This document shows, one piece after another, positions 47,267-56,834 of a stretch of DNA of 64,000 bases. The notes under the pieces are model-generated. The model was given only the letters and a program-made list of their open reading frames with translations. It was not told the DNA's origin and did not search any database. How positions within the stretch are numbered: position 1 is the first letter of the stretch; each line of letters starts with the position of its first letter. A program made the translations under genes and the position numbers. This stretch comes from Candidatus Poseidoniaceae archaeon (GTDB lineage: Archaea > Thermoplasmatota > Poseidoniia > Poseidoniales > Poseidoniaceae), in NCBI GenBank assembly GCA_949372645.1, contig CASIAP010000009.1:65107-129106 (forward strand), written 5' to 3'.

Positions 47267-47321
47267 TGTCTTTTGCATATGTGGCAAAGTATTGATAAAC
47301 ACTATTCTTCGAGGATTAAAC

Positions 47322-48866
47322 ATGAACAAAAAAATGCTTGTAACCGTTGTAATGGCGAGCCTTCTTCTTGTCGCCTCCCCGCTCTCATCCGCCTACAAAG
47401 GGCATCAACTTTCACGGGCAGAAGTTGTTGATTTCACACTTATCGATCAGCATAATGAGAACTTCACCTTTTCTCAAAGCCTTTCCGAAGTCCATGTGGT
47501 TTCATTTATTTTCACGCGCTGCATCGATACTTGTCCAGTGATTACTCAATCACTCAAATTGGTTCAAGAAGGTCTTTCCGAATCCGATGCTGAAGAAGTC
47601 CAATTCATATCAATTTCAGTTGACCCGAGCTATGATACCCCTGAACGCCTCACGGAGTTCACGGACCTTCACGGAGTCGAATGGCCTCATTTGACCGGCG
47701 ATTCTGAAACGCTTACTGATGTCTACAACTCCTTTGGAATCATCGTACAAGAAGACGTCATTGAAGCCCATGTAGCAAATTCTGAACCGACAGTTACTTT
47801 TGTCGATACCTCTGGGAATTCAAGTGAAATGATGTGGGAACCAACCGGTTGGACCATGAATGAAATCATTGCTGAAGAAGCAAACTGGACAGTAAATGCC
47901 TCCTATGGCCAATACGGGCACTTCGTTCAATCCATCAATGGTATCGCCTCTCCTGCTGACTGGTCCTGGTATTGGGCTCTGAACACATTCAACACTTCTT
48001 CTGAATCTTGGGAAGAATCGATGCTCGGAATTGATGGTATTGATGCATTGGAAGAGCAACACCTTCTTTGGGCATCATCGACTTCGAATGTCTCGCTGGT
48101 GCCACCGCCTCAGTTGAACGATAGCACCCCTTCAGTTGAGATTCTGTATCCAGACAACACAACTGAAAACCATTCACTTCAAACTGATTTCAATGCTTAC
48201 CAGCTTACCAAAGGTGCATTTGCTGGGGCCGGCATGAACGTTTCATTTTCCAACGATCCTACGTATGGGCATTTTGTGGAAGCACTCGATGATGTCAACA
48301 GTCCCAGCGACTGGTCTTGGTATTGGTCATTGTACGCTTGGAACACAAGCAGTGCAGGCTGGGAAGCTTCAATGGTCGGCGTTGACGACTTTGTAGACCC
48401 AGGATACATTGCATGGGCACCAAACTCGACCAACCTCTCTTCAATTCCGATGCCGAAATCCCTTGAGCCAAAAGACGCAATGGCCCCAATTGTTTGCAAC
48501 GGCAATGGTTGGGAAATGGGTACAGGTGACGGGAAACACTGCATGTGTGATGAGGGCTATCAATGGGGTGAAGATGACCGTTTGTCTTGTATTGGCAACG
48601 GTGAGGTCGACATCGACTTTTCAGTTGGCCATTCAACGATTACCTACATCATGGATGGTATGAAGCCAAAAATTGCTTGGACAGGAGATTCATGGAAGGC
48701 TGATGATTTCCGAGCAGACCTCGAGGATGTGATTTCCTCTCAGTCCTCTTCTTCGAATTCTGAAGGAGCCCTACCAGGCATGACATTCCTCGCCGCTGTT
48801 TCAGGTTTGAGTCTTGCCGCAATCATCGTTCACATCAGTTCAAGTGATGAAGAAGATGAAGCGTAA
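47322..48866 (+). CDS. SCO1/SenC copper chaperone fused to two DUF4430-like repeats, an EGF-like Cys module and a C-terminal TM anchor
   Basis: Signal peptide, then the thioredoxin-fold block VVSFIFTRCIDTCP...ISISVDPSYDTPERL. Repeats GHFVQSINGIASPADWSWYWAL and GHFVEALDDVNSPSDWSWYWSL. Then CNGNGWEMGTGDGKHCMCDEGYQWGEDDRLSC, a TM, and SSDEEDEA. Confidence 0.8.
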   Translation: MNKKMLVTVVMASLLLVASPLSSAYKGHQLSRAEVVDFTLIDQHNENFTFSQSLSEVHVVSFIFTRCIDTCPVITQSLKLVQEGLSESDAEEVQFISISVDPSYDTPERLTEFTDLHGVEWPHLTGDSETLTDVYNSFGIIVQEDVIEAHVANSEPTVTFVDTSGNSSEMMWEPTGWTMNEIIAEEANWTVNASYGQYGHFVQSINGIASPADWSWYWALNTFNTSSESWEESMLGIDGIDALEEQHLLWASSTSNVSLVPPPQLNDSTPSVEILYPDNTTENHSLQTDFNAYQLTKGAFAGAGMNVSFSNDPTYGHFVEALDDVNSPSDWSWYWSLYAWNTSSAGWEASMVGVDDFVDPGYIAWAPNSTNLSSIPMPKSLEPKDAMAPIVCNGNGWEMGTGDGKHCMCDEGYQWGEDDRLSCIGNGEVDIDFSVGHSTITYIMDGMKPKIAWTGDSWKADDFRADLEDVISSQSSSSNSEGALPGMTFLAAVSGLSLAAIIVHISSSDEEDEA

Positions 48867-48930
48867 GCCTCATATTCAACAGTCATCCGACCTGCACATG
48901 CGATAACGGGGTTTTGCATCCCGACTTCTT

Positions 48931-49013
48931 GCCGAGATCGCATAGCCCGGTATTGCGGTGGACTTGAAATCCACTGTCCCTTGGACTCGGGGGTTCGAAT
49001 CCCTCTCTCGGCG
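48931..49013 (+). tRNA. tRNA-Ser (anticodon UGA)
   Basis: Acceptor GCCGAGA/TCTCGGC. Anticodon stem-loop GTGGA-CTTGAAA-TCCAC (anticodon TGA). Long variable arm. T-arm GGGGG-TTCGAAT-CCCTC. Discriminator G. CCA is not fully encoded. Confidence 0.85.
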
Positions 49014-49020
49014 CCTTCGG

Positions 49021-49026
49021 TTTTTT
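49021..49026 (+). terminator. oligo-T tract downstream of tRNA-Ser
   Basis: TTTTTT lies 8 nt after the tRNA 3' end. Archaeal RNA polymerase terminates at oligo-T. Confidence 0.5.
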
Positions 49027-49088
49027 ACATCGAGTTTCCTTAGGAATGAATGGAAGAGTTCTCAAACTAAAGCACCCCTCGGTCAATC

Positions 49089-50582
49089 ATGCGCCGAGGC
49101 CGATTCGCCGTCTTACTCGTCCTCAGCATGGCTCTTGCTGGATGTTTAGGCCCTTCTACAGCCTCATGGGGGACAGATAACAGTGAAATTGACGTTCAGT
49201 TTTCTCAAGAGTCGACGAATATCACAAGTGGCCTCGGTCCTGAAAGTTCGACAATAACAGATCTCAAAGCGATAGGTTGCGCCTCGGAATGGAAAACGCT
49301 TGGAGTGAATAATTCAGCTCCATTATCCTTCACCGGTTATCTCGCTGCAAGCCAGTATCATTCAGCCCATTCCGAATCAACTGGAGCGAGTGGGCTTGAC
49401 TTTGGCGTAACGACAAGTGTTGCAATACAAAGCCTGACTTTTCAAGAAGCAAAAGATGTGATTGATGGAGAAGGGTCCAGAATATCCGTTAAGAATTGGG
49501 ATGTGCCGCTTAATCCGGAAACGGGAACAGGCACAGTTGATCTTGAGGAAATAGATTCAGATTCAGATTCCGAGTGGTATATACTTGGATTGATTCCAAC
49601 CACTGAAAATATCCACGATGGGATGATCTCTTTGGATGAGTGGCATCAGCCTGTCACCATCAAAGGCTATTTGATTCAATATTCAAGTGGAAACAATCTC
49701 GGATATTTCAATACTGCACAACATAAAGTAGACGATAATTGCAATCTTCAAATCGGTGAAGGTAACAAGGAAAGTGTCTATGTCTTTGTCACCAGCATTG
49801 AATTGGATGGAGCAACAGTTAGTTCAAACGGGAACTCAGATGACGAATGGGTCTACGGCGATGTAGCCTTTTTGGGTCGAACGGGATACATCCTGTTTTT
49901 CTTGGCCTTTGGAATCGGAGGAGGAATTGGGGCATTTATTCTCTCGAAAATGTTTGTTCTTCAAGGTGCGAAGTCGACAATGAAAACCCTCCTCGGTGCA
50001 TCGGGGATGAGTGCTGTTAAACAAGTAAAGAAAGATGTCAAATCGGCTAAATCCTCTGGACTAGTATCTCCTCTTGAACGCAAAAAGGAAGCGCGACAAC
50101 AGGCTGTTAAAAACCAGCCACAGAGCTCGAATAAAACCTCCTCAGAACCTGCACTGGCTGGCTTTGACCTCGACAGCGTTCTTTCCTCAAGTCCAAGCAC
50201 GGGATCAACAGTCGAATTTGGCAGTAAGAGCTCATCTGTCGTGGTAACCGCTGAATCACAACAAATGAAGCGAGAAGTATCTGAGCAACCCTCGGTCACT
50301 TCCGTTTCAACAGCTTCATCTTCAGCCCCACCTCGAGAGACCCGTTCAAGTGTAACTTCGAGCGAGCCTCCAAGGCAACAGAAAGAGCATTTCACCTCAT
50401 CTGTTCCAACATCAAAAAAATCATCTGGACCTCCTAAAAAGAAATCTGTTCGAAAGCGAAAAGCAGCAGTTCAAGCTACGGCCGGAGAAGAACACGTGCA
50501 GGAAGAAGTACTACCTGTGCCACAAGAGACACGCAAGACCTTTGATGAGCCCGAAGACGACTTTTCAGACTTCTCATTTTGA
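49089..50582 (+). CDS. hypothetical lipoprotein-like surface protein with TM and Ser/Lys-rich cytoplasmic tail
   Basis: Lipobox-like MALAGC after a basic N-terminus. ~260-aa ectodomain, TM (ILFFLAFGIGGGIGAFIL), then low-complexity S/K/P-rich sequence. Confidence 0.5.
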   Translation: MRRGRFAVLLVLSMALAGCLGPSTASWGTDNSEIDVQFSQESTNITSGLGPESSTITDLKAIGCASEWKTLGVNNSAPLSFTGYLAASQYHSAHSESTGASGLDFGVTTSVAIQSLTFQEAKDVIDGEGSRISVKNWDVPLNPETGTGTVDLEEIDSDSDSEWYILGLIPTTENIHDGMISLDEWHQPVTIKGYLIQYSSGNNLGYFNTAQHKVDDNCNLQIGEGNKESVYVFVTSIELDGATVSSNGNSDDEWVYGDVAFLGRTGYILFFLAFGIGGGIGAFILSKMFVLQGAKSTMKTLLGASGMSAVKQVKKDVKSAKSSGLVSPLERKKEARQQAVKNQPQSSNKTSSEPALAGFDLDSVLSSSPSTGSTVEFGSKSSSVVVTAESQQMKREVSEQPSVTSVSTASSSAPPRETRSSVTSSEPPRQQKEHFTSSVPTSKKSSGPPKKKSVRKRKAAVQATAGEEHVQEEVLPVPQETRKTFDEPEDDFSDFSF

Positions 50583-51638
50583 CTGAGGCACGCAGATTTG
50601 TACTGCACTCGGCAAAACTTCCATATTCAGCGGAGTTGAGCCGATGTTCTCACCATCAACATTGATTGCAGCCGAATCCGGTGTTTCGATGGATAAACTT
50701 TTGAATTTGTGATAATCAACGCGTGGATGGAACACATGCCGCCCTTCACTCTTGAGCATACCAAAGGCTTTGAGCACATCTCTGCGCGTCATTTTCTTCA
50801 AGATACCAATGTCCATCATTCCATCATCAAGCGAGGCTCCAGGCGCTAAAGGCAACATAGAGCCTCCAGTTTGACTGTTCTGAATCAAAAAGAGCGTATA
50901 ATCATCTTTCATTTGTGCACCGTCGATAGTCAATGTTGCTTGACGGCGGTTGTTGGCCATGATTGCCATGAGAATGCCAACATCATACCTGATTGGACCC
51001 ATCCATCGCATTTTTTCTGCCTTAAGAGTAGAATCAACGCCTAGCCCCCATGTGACGAGGTTGTGACTGTATCGGACCGTTCGTCCATTTTCAGAACCTG
51101 GAAGCCCATTGCCCATTTCCACCCTTGCTAAATCGAGGTTTTGACGCGCACCATGAACCAGACTGTGAACGGCCTGCTCAGTAGTTGTTAGACGCAGATC
51201 GTTTGCCATTGAGTTGCCAGTACCTGCAGGAATGAGGGCAAACACGTCACCTCCTTCTGATTTTGCGTTCATTCGTCCCGTGATGACTTCAGATAGGCTT
51301 CCATCCCCCCCGACAACAGCAAAGATGTCGTCATCAGATGCATGAATTCCTTGAGCGATTTCAATCAAGTGTCCACTGTAGTCTGAAAAATGGATGTCGA
51401 CCGTTTTCCCATCTTCTTCGAGTAGAGTTTTGGCGTGCTCGCCAATTTTCCTCCCTTTTCTTTTACCAGCGAAAGGGTTTACCAAAAGATGAACGTGTTT
51501 ATTGTCTCTCGCTTTCACCGGTTTTTGAGTGAATACTTCTGCATAAATCGGTTTGTGTGCACCCTTTTTCTGTTTCGTCGAAAGATCTGGTTCGAATCGA
51601 AGAGCAGCGGGTCCTTGCCCCACATCATCGTTTGACAT
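50574..51638 (-). CDS. diacylglycerol-kinase-family lipid kinase (DAGK_cat / LCB5 / YegS-like)
   Basis: HLLVNPFAGKRKG, the AVVGGDGSLSEV (GGDG) motif and IPAGTGNSMANDL are typical of the DAGK catalytic domain. Confidence 0.8.
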   Translation of the reverse strand: MSNDDVGQGPAALRFEPDLSTKQKKGAHKPIYAEVFTQKPVKARDNKHVHLLVNPFAGKRKGRKIGEHAKTLLEEDGKTVDIHFSDYSGHLIEIAQGIHASDDDIFAVVGGDGSLSEVITGRMNAKSEGGDVFALIPAGTGNSMANDLRLTTTEQAVHSLVHGARQNLDLARVEMGNGLPGSENGRTVRYSHNLVTWGLGVDSTLKAEKMRWMGPIRYDVGILMAIMANNRRQATLTIDGAQMKDDYTLFLIQNSQTGGSMLPLAPGASLDDGMMDIGILKKMTRRDVLKAFGMLKSEGRHVFHPRVDYHKFKSLSIETPDSAAINVDGENIGSTPLNMEVLPSAVQICVPQSK

Positions 51639-51837
51639 GCTTAGAAGAGTTGGGTACTTGGTTTCAAACCTTCTCTACTACTGACCCATATATGCTTAAT
51701 TTATATTGGGTCGGAAACGATTCACACTGCATAAACAGGTATTTTCTATGGTGAACATACTCGCAGGAGTCCTCTTACATACAGTGATGGTGGGGTGAAA
51801 TGCAAGAAGTCTTGAACCCGACCGATGTGGAAGGGAT

Positions 51838-52860
51838 ATGGCGAGTCTTTGGACTGCGGACCAAAAGGGGTTCATGCAACGTGCTCTTGAAGTCGCAGAA
51901 CGCGGCAGAGGCAAGGTCAGCCCCAACCCGCTTGTTGGTTGCGTATTAGTCAAGGATGGGGAAGTGATTGCTGAAGGATGGCATGACCACCTTGGAGGAC
52001 TTCATGCTGAACAAATGGCGATTCATGATGCCGAATCAAACGGCCACTCTTCTAACGGCGCTGTTGCTTATGTGACACTCGAGCCCTGCAATCATTTTGG
52101 CCGAACACCTCCATGTACCGAGGCATTGATGTGGGCAGGAGTCAAAGAGGTCATTGTTGCTCACTACGACCCAAACCCAACTGTTCGTGGTAAAGGAATT
52201 CAAGTCCTTCAAGATGCAGGAATTCAAGTTCGCCAAGGCCTCATGCAGGCAGAGGCAGCAGTTCAGATGCGCCCTTTCCTCCATTGGTGCCAACACCGCC
52301 ATCCTTTGGTGACGGTGAAAATGGCCATTGATGCCAATGGCTCGGTCGATGATCGAAGTCAGCAAGCTCAACGTTTCACTTCTGAAGGCTGTCTTGACCA
52401 GGTTCACATCCTTCGAAATGAATGTGACGCAGTTCTTGTTGGAGTCGAAACGGTAGTCCGTGACAACCCTCAGTTGACGGTACGTCGCGTGAAAACAGAC
52501 CGTCAACCGCTTCGTATCATTATTGACCCGAACCAGCGCACTCCTGAAGATGCAACGTTGCTCAATGATGAACATGAAACACTTGTGATGGGGGAAGAAT
52601 TCAGTTCTTTACCTGGACTTCTCAATCTCTTAGGCGATCGAGATATTCAGCGCCTCATGGTCGAGGGTGGCCCGTCAACGATTGGTTCTTTTCTTGACCA
52701 GGGTCTGGTTGATGAGTTCTACCTCATCCACAGTGAAGTCATGCATCAACAACCTGTAGCTTCAAACATCGATGCAGGCCGTCTTTCTTCAGCAGGACTT
52801 TCCCATACGTCTACAGAAACGTGGGGAGAGGAAACCGTTCATATCTGGACGCACTTGTGA
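51838..52860 (+). CDS. ribD: bifunctional riboflavin biosynthesis protein RibD (pyrimidine deaminase / uracil reductase)
   Basis: The CMP/dCMP deaminase zinc motifs HAEQMAI and LEPCNHFGRTPPC, followed by a reductase domain (VTVKMAIDANG, VEGGPST). Confidence 0.9.
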   Translation: MASLWTADQKGFMQRALEVAERGRGKVSPNPLVGCVLVKDGEVIAEGWHDHLGGLHAEQMAIHDAESNGHSSNGAVAYVTLEPCNHFGRTPPCTEALMWAGVKEVIVAHYDPNPTVRGKGIQVLQDAGIQVRQGLMQAEAAVQMRPFLHWCQHRHPLVTVKMAIDANGSVDDRSQQAQRFTSEGCLDQVHILRNECDAVLVGVETVVRDNPQLTVRRVKTDRQPLRIIIDPNQRTPEDATLLNDEHETLVMGEEFSSLPGLLNLLGDRDIQRLMVEGGPSTIGSFLDQGLVDEFYLIHSEVMHQQPVASNIDAGRLSSAGLSHTSTETWGEETVHIWTHL

Positions 52861-52960
52861 ACGTGCCCTCATTCGCTCACTTTTGGGCAATTCTACTTCT
52901 GAATCAGGTTTTTCATGATGAATAAAGAATAAATAAAGCCTTTATGTATGACGCCAAGGG

Positions 52961-54307
52961 GTGTCTGTGAGGCTTCTTTTCCCTTTGCTTACAATTTTAC
53001 TTCTCGCACCCTTGGCTCAAGCCCAAGGCATCGCTGAAGCATTGCAAGAATGTCCGAGCACCGTCACTGGAAGTTCACAGCCAGAGCAGATTCATTTGCA
53101 GATCACAGATAACCCAAACGAGATGGTTGTGGTTTGGGCTACTGAGCAAAGAGGCGATGCAGTCGTTGAATGGAGTTCTGAAACTGGTTCGAGTTCTGCT
53201 ACTGGTGATTCATATTGTTACAATCACGATAAGGCATTCCATATGGTGCTGATGAACGATCTAACTTTGGGTGAAGAAGTAACCTATCGTGTAGGAGATG
53301 GCAATGTTTGGTCTAGTGAATTTACCTTTACGCCGTTCGACCCTGATGCGGACCGCTTTGAATGGATCTCTATTGCAGACCATGGCCTTTCTTCTGAAGC
53401 ACTGGATGTTACAGAGGCAATTATTGCAGATTCACAAGCACAACTGGTAACAATCTCTGGCGATATTGCATATGCAGATGGCAATCAAAATATTTGGGAT
53501 GAATGGTTTGCAACTCAGCAAGAAAGCATGGCCTCAATACCGTGGGTTACTGCAGTTGGCAATCATGAAAACGAGCCAGCCGTTGGTTTCGAGGCATACG
53601 AGCATCGCTTTGATTCAGATCAAGTAATCGAAAGCGAGACCTTCTGGTTTTCACGAAACATTCCTGGAGTTCATCTTATTTTCATGTCCACAGAACACGA
53701 GTTTACCCCCGGTAGTACGCAGTATAATTGGCTTCAAACTGATTTACAGTCAGCAAACACTCCCGATGCTCGAACTGAGAGACCTTTCATTATCGTAATT
53801 GGTCACAAACCGATGTATTCAAGCAACGATTATCACGGTTCCGAGGTTGAACTTCGTGCTGCACTTGAAACTCTTTATGTTGAAAATGGAGTAAACCTTG
53901 TCATTGCTGGGCACGACCATTTCTATGAACGTACATGGCCGGTTAATGGCGAGAAGGTTTCAGACAAAGGAGGTGGGGATGTTTTTGGCCAAGGTCATGA
54001 ACCTATACATTTGGTAATTGGTATTGGTGGAAGGTCCGCATACGAAGAATTGGAGGAGCCGCAACCAGAATGGAGTGCTTATCGAGAGAACAGTAGTTAT
54101 GGCTGGACTCGTCTTGTCTATGACGATACTACCCGTGAACTCGAATTTTCGCATCACCGAATTGACGGAACAATCGGTGATTCGTTCACCCTTCAAGAAT
54201 CATTCCTCAGCAGTGAATCTGAAGAATCGAATGCACTTGGAATCGCTGGTATAGATTCTGTATTCGCAATCATTGCTCTTTTAGGTGCTGCATTTCGCAA
54301 GAAGTAA
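52961..54307 (+). CDS. purple-acid-phosphatase-like metallophosphoesterase, secreted with C-terminal TM anchor
   Basis: Signal peptide and an N-terminal PAP Ig-like domain (PEQIHLQITDNPNEMVVVWAT). Metallophosphatase motifs IADHG, SGDIAYADG, GNHE, GHKPMY, AGHDHFYER. Confidence 0.8.
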   Translation: MSVRLLFPLLTILLLAPLAQAQGIAEALQECPSTVTGSSQPEQIHLQITDNPNEMVVVWATEQRGDAVVEWSSETGSSSATGDSYCYNHDKAFHMVLMNDLTLGEEVTYRVGDGNVWSSEFTFTPFDPDADRFEWISIADHGLSSEALDVTEAIIADSQAQLVTISGDIAYADGNQNIWDEWFATQQESMASIPWVTAVGNHENEPAVGFEAYEHRFDSDQVIESETFWFSRNIPGVHLIFMSTEHEFTPGSTQYNWLQTDLQSANTPDARTERPFIIVIGHKPMYSSNDYHGSEVELRAALETLYVENGVNLVIAGHDHFYERTWPVNGEKVSDKGGGDVFGQGHEPIHLVIGIGGRSAYEELEEPQPEWSAYRENSSYGWTRLVYDDTTRELEFSHHRIDGTIGDSFTLQESFLSSESEESNALGIAGIDSVFAIIALLGAAFRKK

Positions 54308-54391
54308 ACCTCACTCAAAACGAATTCTTGAGTTAGAGCCTACTGGAGTTTTGTCCAAAGCTGAGTAGGTTTGCACTTTCTCGATAATCTC

Positions 54392-55508
54392 TTAATCGAA
54401 AAGTTGACTCAGCATCCGATGGAAATGATGCACACCTTGCTCTCTTGTTGGTGAATATCTCCCTCGGTCATAGGCCTTTGAGGCCATGCCCTTCTGCACT
54501 TCTTCAATCACCCACTGGTCTTGATGCTCAACGGTATCCAAGACCGAGCCGGCTCCTTGGCTGGCAAGTTCTGCATCGCTGACATAGCCGCGATAGAGGA
54601 TTCTGCATTGCTTGTGCGAGACTGGAATTACCACGTTAACCGATAATCCCCAGGGATAGAAATTGAACATCATGTTCGGGAATAACCACAGATAGTACGC
54701 TGCAATATCTTGGCCTTCATCTGGATGGCCTTTGGGTAAATCGAACTTGACATCACCTTCCATTGCCTTACCAATTTGCAACACTCCGCCGTCAAACGTC
54801 TCCGTAACATAGCCTGAATAATCGAGAGCTTGATTGAGTTCAGGATGAACATAAGGGATGTGGAATCCTTCCAGGAAATTATCGACATAGAGCAACCAGT
54901 TCGCCTCAACACTGTGGTCTCGGTCTCGGCTTGCATCGTGCGTGAACGATTCTGGTTTGAGAAATCCGAGGCGTTCTTCGAGCATTGCCCACGGCAGGTC
55001 TGGTACTTCTTCTTGGGCGGTGAAATACATCCCCATCCATTGTTTGAGAGGGAAATTCTTGAGATTGTCGGTATCGCTTGGGAAATCAATCGCTTGCTCA
55101 AACTCTGCCATGTGTCGGAAGGTTCCATCCAAATTGAAGGTCCGACCGTGATAGCGGCACTGCAGCGTTTTCTTCGTGCATGGCTCAAGCGCTAGGCGCA
55201 TTCCTCGATGAGTGCAGACATTGGAAAGACATCGCGTCTCTTCACCTTGAATCAAGACCAGTCGACTCACCATTGACCGCTTCAATATGTTCCAAAGGCA
55301 AGATGGTATCGGCCTCAAACTCCGATTGGTGAGCAGCAAATTGCCAGCCAGAAAAGACATGTTTGAGCCGCTCAAACTCTTCTGACTCAGTGTAGAATCG
55401 AGAGGGGAGCGTTCTGGCCACTCGGATGTCGGCATCAATCAATTGCTCCGACATGATTCGCACATCTCGCAGGTGGTATTGAGGGTTCGGGCACTTATAC
55501 CCAAACAT
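54392..55508 (-). CDS. Rieske [2Fe-2S] non-heme-iron oxygenase alpha subunit, interrupted by a +1 frameshift near 55262
   Basis: Rieske motif CTHRGMRL...CRYHGRTF in ORF 54392..55438. The expected N-terminal segment (MSEQLIDADIRVARTLPSRFYTESEEFERLKHVF...LEHIEAVNGES) is ORF 55242..55508 in another frame. The join is ...NGES/LVLIQGEETR. Confidence 0.8.
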
Positions 55509-55854
55509 CGTTTTCTGCTGTTAACTGCCCTTCTGCATCGCCCGTATTCACGACACCTCGTGGCTCTACCAGTAAAACATGGCATTCTTCTGCAGCGTAT
55601 GGTTTGTGCATGATTCCTTTTGGAACCACATACATTTCTCCTTCATTCAGCGAGATGGTTTCATGCTTCATTTCGATGCACATCGAACCTTTGACTACGA
55701 TGAAGACTTCATCGGTATCAACATGGTTGTGCCAGACGAAATCGCCTTTCATTTTTGCTAGCTTGAACTGGTAATCATTCATTTCAGCGATCACCTTTGG
55801 CGCCCAGAATCCATCAACTAAACTCAACTTATCCCCGATATTGACCTTGGCCAT
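55495..55854 (-). CDS. cupin-domain protein
   Basis: 119 aa. GDFVWHNHVDTDEVFIVVKG and GEMYVVPKGIMHKP correspond to cupin motifs 1 and 2. Confidence 0.75.
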   Translation of the reverse strand: MAKVNIGDKLSLVDGFWAPKVIAEMNDYQFKLAKMKGDFVWHNHVDTDEVFIVVKGSMCIEMKHETISLNEGEMYVVPKGIMHKPYAAEECHVLLVEPRGVVNTGDAEGQLTAENDVWV

Positions 55855-55909
55855 GGACTACCGAAGACTGAGGCCCTCAAATGAATGTATTGAGCATCAA
55901 TTGTTAAAT

Positions 55910-56767
55910 CTAGAAGAATTCATTTTTTACAACAAACACCGTTGATTTTAGCATAAAGAGCAGGGCGATTACCCCTATCAACGGAAAGATCAAGAAGATA
56001 AAAATGAACAGGTCAACTCCCGCCAGACCCGCCTCTAATACAGCCTCGTCATGAGCGTCTGGGTTCACAAAAACAGTGACCTCCTTTTCAGGTGGATACT
56101 CGTCGTTACTCGCCCAAGAGCTACAACTCGAATCCTTGCTGAAACTCACTAAGTCTCCATCATACGTCATATTGTCAATCGTATAGTTGTAGGTAACCCA
56201 TAAGCAGTATGTATCTCCTCCTTCACTGCTTGAAGAAACGGTCACTCCACTATCGATAATGGTGCCGTCAGTAGCTGTCCAGTCCTCCGTCCCAAGGTCT
56301 GAAAGAACCGGTCCACCGATGAGTACAGTTGCAATGAGGGAGACACTGCACCAAATTATCGCAAAAACCCAGCCTCCAAGGAGGCCCCCAATCTTCGCTC
56401 CCCGAGTCCCAAATTCGGGGGGTTGGTTTGGCTTATCCCATGCCGTACAGCCTTCATCTTGGAGAGTGGTGATTGCCGCATCCAATAATTTCTGTGCATC
56501 TCGAGTCGAACTGATTCTTTTCATTCCACTCAACTGTTTGAACTCTGCAAGACTTTTTTCTTCAGAGGCTAAACGGTTTTGGTTATACCAATCAACAATT
56601 TCGTTCGCATCATTGTCACTGTCCCAAGTATCCACTGGGAAATCTGCCAAATCCACTTCGATTTTGGGAACAGGAGTTGTAGCCTTTCTTTGAGAATCGT
56701 CTTCTTTCGCTCGTTCTGCTGACTCATCCTTTTCGTTAAGTTTAACATCCCAGAAATTGTCCGACAT
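55910..56767 (-). CDS. membrane protein with C-terminal DUF3592-like domain
   Basis: Start at ATG 56767 (the longer track ORF overlaps the reductase gene). The segment from TM WVFAIIWCSVSLIATVLIGG, through a beta-rich region (YCLWVTYNYTIDNMTYDG...VTVFVNPDAHDEAVLE), to a second TM fits DUF3592. Confidence 0.6.
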   Translation of the reverse strand: MSDNFWDVKLNEKDESAERAKEDDSQRKATTPVPKIEVDLADFPVDTWDSDNDANEIVDWYNQNRLASEEKSLAEFKQLSGMKRISSTRDAQKLLDAAITTLQDEGCTAWDKPNQPPEFGTRGAKIGGLLGGWVFAIIWCSVSLIATVLIGGPVLSDLGTEDWTATDGTIIDSGVTVSSSSEGGDTYCLWVTYNYTIDNMTYDGDLVSFSKDSSCSSWASNDEYPPEKEVTVFVNPDAHDEAVLEAGLAGVDLFIFIFLIFPLIGVIALLFMLKSTVFVVKNEFF

Positions 56768-56834
56768 AAACGAACCCTCAGGGAGCACACTTTTGTTCTT
56801 TTTCCAAGCAACTGCGCTGAACCGACCGGCTTGT

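Noticed and set aside
9145-48866. Recurrent acidic C-termini (-EE, -EEE, -EEDEA) on at least eight unrelated, mostly membrane proteins (9145, 12236, 28873, 31242, 35880, 36239, 37690, coxI, SCO1-fusion), which could hint at a C-terminal sorting or degradation tag
   Set aside because: The whole proteome here is strongly acidic, so Glu-rich ends are expected more often. I cannot compute enrichment by hand. This is worth a proteome-wide statistical test, but the window alone does not support it as a signal.
48883-49086. 67-aa minus-strand ORF
   Set aside because: It overlaps the tRNA-Ser(UGA) gene, which folds into a clean cloverleaf on the plus strand. It has no coding support.
52036-52575. 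Long alternative-frame or antisense ORFs inside well-supported genes (for example 52036..52575 antisense to ribD, 5266..5805 inside the aconitase gene, 54670..55188 inside the Rieske gene, 45997..46479 antisense to coxIII, 33601..34015 antisense to the methyltransferase)
   Set aside because: Each lies entirely within a gene that has strong motif support on the other frame or strand. Their translations are low-complexity or Ser/Arg/Leu-rich. They are treated as shadow ORFs.
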